64,000 bases of DNA from Eukaryota sp. TZLM1-RC. Taxonomy: Eukaryota > Protista > Metamonada: BaSk clade. A program made the translations under genes and the position numbers. The stretch lies in the NCBI GenBank assembly GCA_040285825.1, contig JAUPSS010000007.1:830501-894500 (forward strand). Reading direction: 5' to 3'. A model generated the notes under the pieces. It searched no databases, was not told the origin of the DNA, and worked only from the letters and a program-made list of their open reading frames with translations. Shown here one piece after another: positions 9,905 through 19,144 of the stretch. Positions within the stretch are counted from its first letter, which is position 1, and each line of letters starts with the position of its first letter.

Positions 9905-12900
9905 GGAGCAGTTAACTAGATCTGGTTGTGAGATAAAATTAGATAATGATAATAATCAAATAAAATTAACGAGTCTACTAGGAATTTTCAGCGATGTTTT
10001 TAGTGAAACTCCAAACAGAAAAGGAATCGATTGTAAACCTCTAACAATCCCCTTTAGAGACGAGAACGCTATAGTACATAAACCTGCTAGACGATTAAAT
10101 CCCAGCAAAATGGAAATAGCAAACAAAATATTTGATGAACTGATTGAAATGGGCTATGCAGTTGAATCTAATTATAAATTCAGCTCTCCTATTGTCTTAG
10201 TTATATATCCTGACGGCAAGAAACCCAGGCTAACTGGAGACTTTAGTGGTAAAGATGGAGTCAATGCCCACACGATTTCAGTAGAGCCTAATCTACCTAG
10301 GATTAGTGATATTTTAGAGTTTTTAAGTAGAGCAGATTACATAGCCACGCTTGATTTACCAAAAGCTTTCTGGCAAATGAATGTAGCTGAGAAGGACATT
10401 GAGAAAACATCAATCTCAATCCCTGGAAGGTCAATTATGTTTAAAAGAGCTTGCTTCGGATTAAAGAACATCCCAGCAGTATTTCAAAATGTAATGATGG
10501 AAATATTCCAAATTGATGGCGTTTTTCATATATATTGATGATATTATAATAGTTGGAACGACTTTCGATGAATTCTATAAGAGATTACAAAGAGTCCTCC
10601 AATGCGCCAGAAATAGACGTGTAAATATAGGTTTACGTAAATGTAAATTCGTAACATCCAAACACCCTATTGATATTTTAGGAAGCACCTTCCAGGATAA
10701 AACCAGATTTATTAGTAAGAAAAAAATCGAAGCCTTGATGAGAATCCCTAGACCAAAATCAGTGAAAGAAGTTCGCTCATTGGTAGGATCCATCAATTAT
10801 ATAAGAGATTGGCTTCCAGGTATTTCCGAGTTAATAGCTCCAATCAATGAGTTAATTAAAGGAATACCTAGAGTAATAAAATGGACCAACGAGCATGACG
10901 ATTATCTTAAACAAATAAAAGATTTAATAATTAATCACATGCCCCTTGAATTACCAGCTCCGGGCAAGCGCGTACTAATAAGTACCGACGCATCAGATGT
11001 AGCAGTTGGAGGCGTTATTTGGCAAGAAATTGAACCATACTCCCCTGCAGGAACCCCGCTGAATAAAAGAAAAGTGAAACCGTTGTCGTTTTATAGTAGA
11101 TTACTTACAGAAACACAACGAAAATGGTCCACTTTACAGAAAGAATTATACGCAATACTTCTGATTTTAACTGAAAGTTGTTTAGAAAGCTACCTTTTGA
11201 CTAGACATCTAACAATTTTCACTGATCACAAAAACATTGCATTCCTGGCCACAGCTCCAGAGAAAAATAGAATTGTAAAGAGATGGCTGCCGATACTATC
11301 TGAATTCGACTTTGATATAGTCCATGAACCAGGTGAAGATAACCACTGGGCAGATATGCTATCGAGGAATATTGATTTAGATCAAAATGAGGAAACTGCT
11401 TCTATATGTAGTATAAATATACCAGATACTTTACTTTCGAATTACGAGATACCTCCAATAGACGATGATTCTGATTCGGACTTCGAAGATATCCCATCAA
11501 TTTCATCCCTAAGTAGACACCAGGACTTACCTATTTTTTCTTCCTGGTTCTCTAAAATAAGATCTGAACAACAAATAGCCAAGAATAATAATGACCCTCT
11601 ATTTGAGAATGCAATTCTAGATGAAAATACTCAAATTTGGAAAAACAATAAAAATAAAATTTTAATTCCAAAATGCCTCAGAAAACAGGCACTATTATTA
11701 ATTCATGGATTGGTTCAATCAGGCCACCCCAGCAAAAACGACAGTCTACATAAACTGTCCAAAAGCGATTTTTTCTGGCCTAATATGAGAAAGGACCTCA
11801 TAAACCACATCAAAAGATGCCCAACTTGTCAAAAAACGGCTCCAGTTAATAGAATAAAAACACCTTCTACAGGTTCCCTTTGGGCAGATCGTCCTTTTGC
11901 TAGATTAAATGTCGACACAATTGGACCTCTGAATACTGATAGTGATGGTAATAAATACTTATTAGTATTTGTAGATTCTTTTACTGGGTATTCAATTTTA
12001 GTCCCTTCTGAAGGAACTCAATGCCTTAGAGACCGCAGACGCTTTGATTTGGAACGTTTGCGCAATTTTTGGCATACCTATGTTAATTCATAGTGATAAT
12101 GGTCCTGAGTTCGCCAATGAGACTTTTAAGATAGTGTGTAACAGATTAGCTATTGAGATGAGTAACTCAATACCCCACTACTCTGAAAGTAATGGACTCG
12201 TAGAACGAAAACATGGAGACGTTCTACAATGCTTGAGAAAATTATTAATAGATTTTAATGATTACGGAAATTGGTCTACTTATGTACCCATATCCCAACT
12301 ATTAATAAATTCCACTAAAAGCAGAAAGACAGGTTTTACACCTTACGAACTAATGTTTGGATCTTCGATTAGTCCAAGATCGGACCCTGCAAACATATTA
12401 GGAAACTTATCAAAATTTGATTCCAATATACCTTTATTAGACGATATTAAAATGAAAAATACTCGTCTGCAAGAAAAAAGGGAAGAAGCAGAGCGTCATC
12501 AATTATCAAATACTCCGATTTCTGTAGACAATACTAATTCGCGCTCTATAGTATTTAATACTGGTGACTATGTCCTACGTAAAACCAAACAGAATAATAA
12601 ATTACATGGATCTTGGAACGGACCCTTTTTAGTAATAGACCGTCCTTCCAACTCTACTTTATTATTAAAGAATCTTATCACTGGCAGTGAATTAAAAGCT
12701 GCTAAGAAAGATTGCAAAATCTATAACGCAGATAATCCTCAGGATATCGAATTTCTAAAAGCAGTCGCAGCAGGCGATGCTGAGAAACATGTTATAGAGA
12801 AAATCCTCTCAGAATATAATTCTGACTCAGGTAGTTTCTGTACTGTTCAATGGTTTGGCGGTGAGACAACAGAAGAGCCTCTCCATTCAGTTAAACATTC

Positions 12901-13030
12901 AGAAGCTTACAAGTTGTTCAGTAGGAATAACAAGAAAATTGGAAAACGTACCTCTAGTCAACGTAAGAGTACCTCCAATAGCTCTACGCCTTGCAAGAGG
13001 CCTAGACGTAGTACTAGAATTAGGAAGTGA
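9897..13030 (+). CDS. Pol: reverse transcriptase, RNase H, integrase, chromodomain (frameshifts near 9900, 10525, 12005)
   Basis: SSPIVLV, LDLPKAFWQ, FGLKN.P, YIDDIII; RNase H TDASD..KELYA..TDHKN; integrase H..GH...CPTC, VDTIGP, HSDNGPEF, ESNGLVER; GPF motif; chromo-like VIEKIL...VQWFGGETTEEP. Confidence 0.93.
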
Positions 13031-13128
13031 TGCTAATTCTCAGTTTAGATTAGGTTATTTGTAGTTATTTAGTTATTTAGTTATTTGTTTATAGTTTAGA
13101 TTCATATTTATATAAGCCTATTAGCTCT

Positions 13129-13146
13129 GAAAAAGGGAAGAAGCAG
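13129..13146 (+). promoter_or_regulatory. Polypurine tract (plus-strand primer) of the LTR element
   Basis: GAAAAAGGGAAGAAGCAG directly abuts the 3' LTR. Confidence 0.85.
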
Positions 13147-13227
13147 TGTTGGCGCCCTAAGGCTTTTATAATATGAATAGAAAATAAATTATCTTTATCT
13201 CAACCACTTTTGCAACCTAAGGCAACA
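13147..13227 (+). repeat. 3' LTR (81 bp)
   Basis: Identical to 6204-6284, followed by TSD CATT. Confidence 0.97.
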
Positions 13228-13231
13228 CATT

Positions 13232-13870
13232 GAGGAATGGAATTCGTGGTTACGTGATCATGATTCAAAAACTGTTGATTACCACAAATTCAGAGAGTTT
13301 ATGTTGGCCAAGTGTAAACACTACAATGCAGTGAAACAATTTTATAGTTTACCCTTATGGAGGATACATAATATCCAAAGTTATATCCATAGGCAAAAAA
13401 CTGAAGAAAGAATTGTGAACAAGTTATTGACAACATTCGGTGGTAAAGACAAAATAGTATTGTGTATTGAGGACTTGGGTCGTAAACCAATCAGTAATCC
13501 AACTCCTTCCAATAGATGGATAAGTTGTTGTATTAAACCAGGTTTTTAAACTGTTCTAATTGATGAAAGCCATACTTCTTCAAAGTGTCCTTCTTGCTTT
13601 GAAAAAGTGTTTGAAACAACTATCAAAACAAGGAATCCAATTCCTAAAAGTGCTGAAAAAATACCGTTCAAATCTCCTCATGGCCTTTTGGAATGTAGAA
13701 GTTCTCAGTGTATTAATGATGCAAAAGCACGATGTAAAAAGTCAGAAAGTAGAGAAGCAGTCAAGGCAAAGTATTGGAATAGGAACAAGATGGCTTGTTT
13801 GAATATGTTGAATGTATTTGATCACTGGTTATCCGGTGAAGAAGGTAGGCCTGTTTATCTTAGAACTTAG
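13232..13870 (+). pseudogene. 3' part of Fanzor (Fanzor1-like): helical region, RuvC-II, Zn finger, RuvC-III, C-terminal RP motif
   Basis: In frame with the 5601 ORF after LTR removal (..QTMTI|EEWNSWLRDHDSKTVDYHKFREFM..). FY..PLWR..IQSYIHRQKTE...FGGKDKIVLCIEDLG; LIDESHTSSKCPSC; HGLLECRSSQC; WNRNKMACLNM; GRPVYLRT*. One premature TAA at 13547. Confidence 0.9.
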
Positions 13871-13960
13871 TTATTTTTACTGACTAGTAAAATCTAGTCA
13901 TAGTTGGCATACGCCACCTTATCCCTGATCTCTGCGAACCAATGATCACTTTTATACACC
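13840..13960 (+). ncRNA. Candidate Fanzor omegaRNA scaffold
   Basis: Overlaps and follows the Fanzor stop codon, where omegaRNAs are expected. Stems: TGACTAG/CTAGTCA (13881-13900), TGGC/GCCA (13905-13916), TGATC/GATCA (13926-13948). Boundaries are inferred. Confidence 0.5.
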
Positions 13961-13993
13961 ACCTCCACATATTTTGTTTTACACACATCTCCG

Positions 13994-14529
13994 ATGGTCT
14001 CCCCCAAGGTTGAGCGGCTTTTGCTGTGGTGGAATCGACCTTACATGATCACAATTCGTAACCTCATGTATGTAGCAATTTCTCTCTAACTCTAGTTGGA
14101 TTTTTATTGGTCAAGGATGGGTCATTTTTCTTTTCTATTTATGGGGTGGTGTAGCTCTAGCCACTACCATCGTAGGCATACCGTTTGCACTAATGGTTTG
14201 GAAGCTATCACTTTTTGTTCTTTGGCCTTCGGGACTTGAGTTTCGCCGCACAGTTTGTCTCTTGTGTTAGTTGACCCTAGGATAGAGGCCCGACTGGAGC
14301 TTTGTTCTACATATTGATTACAGTTTGGATATTACTTGCCGGAATTGTGTTAATTTTGTTTCACATTTCCTTGGGTGTTGCTGCAGCGGCCACCATTATT
14401 GGTATTCCTGCAGCAATTCAGCATTTTAAGTTTCTTCTCAATGCTGTGAATCCTTTTGTAGAAGCTTATCCCAATGAATGGGCTCGAAGGAGTGCACATG
14501 AAGTTGGCCGAACGCCATTTCCTGCTTGA
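13994..14529 (+). CDS. YccF-domain (inner membrane component) protein, two 28-nt introns (14068-14095, 14253-14280)
   Basis: Spliced translation gives two YccF repeats: NLIWIFIGQGW...TTIVGIPFALMVWKLSLFVLWPSG and TVWILLAG...ATIIGIPAAIQHFKFLLNAVNPF. GT..AG introns restore the frame. Confidence 0.85.
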
Positions 14530-14704
14530 GGATTAAGCATGTAATAAATTATTTTATTATTAAATGGAATATAGTTTAGAAGAAGAAAAAGTATCCAAGA
14601 TATTTAATTCTTTTATAGAAAAAGAGTATTGTTTAGAAAAAAAATCATCTTATGTAATTAAATCTTCTACAGAAAAATTTATACCTTTTTGGATGATTCG
14701 ATTA

Positions 14705-17600
14705 TTTTTTTAAACAACTGGAATTTTTATTGAGATAAAAATAACCATCTAGAATTCAATATCCTCCAAACAAGCGTCACTGTTACTGAACCTACTCACA
14801 GCATTACGTTCATATTCTACACCAATAGCTAAAAGTGCCTTTGAAATCATTGTTGGAATAGACTTGAAAATGCAGAAAACAATTCTATTTAACCAGAAAG
14901 AGGAGTTCATTGTTTTACCAGACCTATTCAGTAACACTTTTTTAAAATTTTCCAAAAAGTGCAACCCTGAAGGTCCAATATTGCCAAAAAGAGAAATGGC
15001 AAACGGCACAAACTGATATTTCACATGTTCCACTCTACCTAACTGTGCCAAAGGTTCTTCATATTTTTTATCTTCTTTTTTTCGGCGTTAGATAACGGCG
15101 AATCAGCGGAATACACTAAACGAGCGGCAGAATTTTTGCAAACATCAACTGAGACAACATCCTCAACATTAAGAACACCATCGATCCCTGGAGCTACTAA
15201 ATCTGCCCTTCTTTTACCAAAGGAATCATCAGTTTGATCTGAAGACAGCTTACGTACTAGTGGCTCAATAAATGCCTCTATATTGAAACTTTTGCACATG
15301 GCATATAATTGATCACGAACTGAGTCATGAACAATTGAGCGATAAGTTATAAAATACTTACAGTTTAAAATATGGGAAAGCGTAACAACACTCTTGCAGC
15401 GACAAATTAAATCATTTGGTAATGAACAAGGCCATAGAAAACATCTCATTCTCATTGCAGTGGTCCATTGGTGATCATTAAGTAGAAGGCCATAAATGTT
15501 GGGAATTTGGGAAATTAGGCAACTTGAGCAACTGTCTTCAAGATCAATCAAAAAGTTTGCAAAAACGGGATTTTTTTCCTTAGCCAAGCTAAGACGTACA
15601 ATATAATCCAAGTTTTCTAAAACTTTCAAGATTTTTTTCTGCAATTTTGCAAAAGTCAGTGGTAAGGAGAGCAAGCTTCTTGAAGGAAGTTCCACAATAT
15701 CAGAGGGGAAACATTTAGCCCAAATATTGGGTGAAAGAGTTTCAATTTCCTGTTGCAAAGAAATAAGATAAGAGCTGCCACAATTTTCAATGAGATGAAT
15801 TTTTTCAGGAAAACGATTCACAAGTTCATAAATAAAATTCTTTCCACCTCCAATAAAGGCAGCTTTACAAAGGTAGCTTGATTTATGAAAATCAACACCA
15901 CCAAAATTTGTACCACAAAAAATGTGGCTTCGTAACTGAGATGCATCAATTTCCAATAATTTTGCTAAAACATTGGTTCTTTGTTCATTAAAAATTCGAC
16001 AAAACTCCAAAGAAATTGATGGTGATGTTGATCTCAAAATATGAGTAAATTTTCCAGAATAACAGATTTTTAGGAAAAAGAATTTCAAATGTTTCTCAAT
16101 ATTTAAATTTTCTATTGATTCTAATTCATTTCCAAATTGAGTCAACAGAGTCGAAAGTTGGCCTTTCACTTCATCAATATTTTCGAGATAACAACCCAAA
16201 AAACGAAACCCAGACTGATCATAATTGATAAAGGGGACATTGACATCATTAATGAAAAAATCAATTGGTTCATGGCCAATAATCAAACATTTGGAGATAT
16301 TCAATGAGAGACCAATATCTTCATAACGCTGTTAAATAAAAGTTGCTATTTGTTTCAGAATTGTAATAGGAGCAATTACAGAAATGTCATCCATATATGC
16401 TACAATATCTATTTCTGGGAATTTTTCTTTCAATTCGCACATTAATGGATGAATTGCCAGACAAAAGAAAAAAGGACCAAGTGGATCACCTTGTTTAACA
16501 CCTGAAGACGAAAGCAGGTCAAAGTTTTCATAGACCAATGTGGATGATTTTCCATAAAATGAATAGAAAAAAGGATCAACTTCAGGAAAATGCTTTCGCA
16601 GCAAAGGTAAAATGGAAGAACGAGATACAGAATTAAAAGCATTCTTAAAATCTAAATTGAAGATGTAATTAGAATCACTAGAATTAAAAAACACATCCGA
16701 CGAAAGAGCAGCAGAAGAAGCACCATCAATTGTCTTGATTCCAAATTGAAATGGACTGAAAAATTCCTTGGCTTTTTTCCCAATTCTATTGAAAACAAGA
16801 GACGCAAGAATTCTTGAAAACGATTCTCCAATTGCAATTGGACGGATTTTGGATTGACTTTTTTTGAGAGCAATTAAGCGAGCACTGGTCATCTCAAAAG
16901 GGACTTTAATTTTTAACGTAAGAAGATTGTTGAAAAAAAGAACAAGATCATCAGCAATTTCAGGACACTGTCCAACAGCTGATTTGATCATGTCAAAATT
17001 CAACAAAGATGGCCCAGGAGCTTTTCCAGTAGGCATTTGCTGAATCAGTTTCAATACCTCTGAAGCATTGACAGGATTTTGCAGCCAATAATCAACTGAA
17101 TCTGGTTTAGTACAATGAAAATTTTCTTCTGGATGAAGATGATTCAATTGGAACAATGTGCTTTCATTACATTCAGCTAAATCAGAAGAGAATAGACCTT
17201 GTTTTGCAGATCCAAAGCGTCCTTTTAAAGCTAATTTTCTCACTAATTTTTCTTTCGAAAAAACATTTTTTTTAAAATTTGTTTTTTTCGATAAAAGTTT
17301 TTTATCTTTTTTCAGAAAAAATTTCCAAATAGGCGTAACATCCCATAATTCTTTACGGAGATTTTCAGTAAATCGATTATTACAATAAATATCAACTCTA
17401 TGTTTCACTATTGTTTTTAATAAATAATTGTTATATTTTATATCATAATTCCCACAGTAACATACAAGCGATGTTTTTTCGAGTGTCATGATTACAAAAG
17501 GGAAATTGTTAGTCTGAACCAAATCTAAAATTGGAAATGGCCACAATTCGTTTGGAATGGTTTCGGTAAAGGTGGATGCAGCCCTAATCCAATGAAGTAT
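14705..17600 (-). mobile_element. RLE-type (CRE-like) non-LTR retrotransposon, family C, near full length, degenerate
   Basis: RT motifs GKAPGPS, RPIAIGE, LDFKNAFN, GVKQGDPLGP, YMDD; CRC..HILNC; HDSVRD; RRADL. In-frame stop at 16332 and frameshift near 15060. 5' end uncertain. Confidence 0.9.
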
Positions 17601-17862
17601 TCATAACTTTAACAAAACCCTGTTTAAAAGCTGAAATTAAATTCCACTTGTCTTGACAAGACATTTTCCCTACTGATTGCATCTCGAGAAAAGATTTTTA
17701 CTAGGTTTTGAGCGTTTTGCTGTGCAAATAGCATGTAATTAGACGTAATTTCCCTTATATAGGTAATTATTTCATATAGTCATTTTTAATTAAATCAACA
17801 TTTTTGCAGTTTCTTAAACAAGAATTTTTATTTTTTCTGTATTGGATTTGAAAGCAGAATTT

Positions 17863-19025
17863 TTATATGAATTGTCCCATGTTAAGTTTTTTGGGAATAT
17901 ACTCGTGACTTAGAAATTGTAAATTTCCATCAACTGCCAATAAAGATTGTATTTCAGCTTTTTGTTCACTTTGAATCATCTTTTCAAGTTCCTTTTCCCA
18001 TTCTGGGGCAACCTTCCAACACTCTTTGCCCAACATCCCTTTTCCTCTGCGTAGATCACATTCTGTCATTGAAAGTAATGCTGATCTTGGAATGTTAAAC
18101 TCTTCTAAATCACTGGCAGTAACACCAATCCATCTTAGTCTTGGTACAGCTAAGTCAGCTTCATGAACAGCCGCAGTACTTCCAAACCTATACTTACATA
18201 GTATATCTAGGCCATATGGATCGGCATCTGCTAACCCTAACACTGGAACATCAGGAAAAGCAGCAGCTATTTTTGACAAGAACGCACGAGTGGCAAAGTC
18301 AGGGAACCCGCACCCTGTGATCAAAATTGATGCTCCTATGTGCTCAAGGATATTATCTTCGATTAATCTCACCTGGAATTAGTTTATTTGATATTCAACA
18401 CACTAGGGCTGCATCTTTTTCTACAACCAATATGTACTTTAATGGTTTAGTCGCCCGAATGTCTGTTATTCGTTTAACGTATGGTGTTATTGATACACCA
18501 TGATGTGTTGTTTTGCAGTTCACAACATGATGACCATCCCAGAACACCAGGTCACCATAGCATACTCCTGTGGTGAGGTATATGGATTACAAACCTTTTG
18601 CTTCGGCCATTATATGGAAACAATCGCGAGGAATTGAGAAAATGCCTAGGATGATTATGTTGTCAATAAGACATACGAGACCATTCCATAAGCGTTTCAT
18701 CACTAGTTCTCTGGTTTTTAAATAAATTGGGATCTGTATAAAATAGTTCTCTTTTGGTGGCATATACATCACGTTTCAACAAATCGTGAATGACAGACAG
18801 TGTTCTCAACATACAATCAAACTTGTAGGCACCTGTTTTTGTAGACATTGATATACTTTTAAGCGACACAGATGCATCCATGGTTGATGTATAACATCCC
18901 AATTCCGTATTGAAGACAACATTGGCGTCCTTCTTGGGTGCAAGAAGTTCTGGAAAAGAGTAATTATCGATGGAGTTCAAGATCTGTAAAACAAGTGTTT
19001 CAATGTCATTAAGAAGACTGGACAT
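17863..19025 (-). CDS. SPO11: Spo11/Top6A family topoisomerase-like protein, three introns (18646-18676, 18568-18594, 18373-18403)
   Basis: Catalytic KRELFY, Toprim LVVEKDA, ITGCGFPDFATR, DADPYG, KAEIQ. The three GT-AG introns of 31, 27 and 31 nt join the ORFs in frame. Confidence 0.93.
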
Positions 19026-19144
19026 CGTCTAGTGATACAATCTCAACTGTTGAGATTGATGAATTTGGTTGCAGGGAAGATTTGTAAATCTTGGAAAATC
19101 AAACGCATCACGACCAGAGGCCCTTCTTACATATCTCTCCCATA

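Larger units (their letters stand above)
6204..13227 (+). mobile_element. Ty3/Gypsy LTR retrotransposon with C-terminal chromodomain (chromovirus-like), 7024 bp
   Basis: Identical 81-bp LTRs (TGTTG...CAACA). 4-bp TSD CATT (6200-6203 and 13228-13231). Polypurine tract before the 3' LTR. Domain order gag-PR-RT-RNaseH-IN-chromo. Confidence 0.97.
2070..13960 (+). mobile_element. Fanzor-encoding element (2A polyprotein: protease + exonuclease-Fanzor), interrupted by an LTR retrotransposon; boundaries approximate
   Basis: One reading frame runs across 2448-6203 and 13232-13870 once the LTR element is removed. There is a hairpin at the left and a structured 3' region at the right. No transposase or TSD identified, so the ends are inferred. 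Confidence 0.65.

Noticed and set aside
2901-13549. Reassigned genetic code (TAA/TAG = Gln) explaining the in-frame stops in the Fanzor and Gag frames
   Set aside because: Host genes here end at TAA, TAG and TGA at the expected positions and have no internal stops; the Fanzor stops include all three codons.
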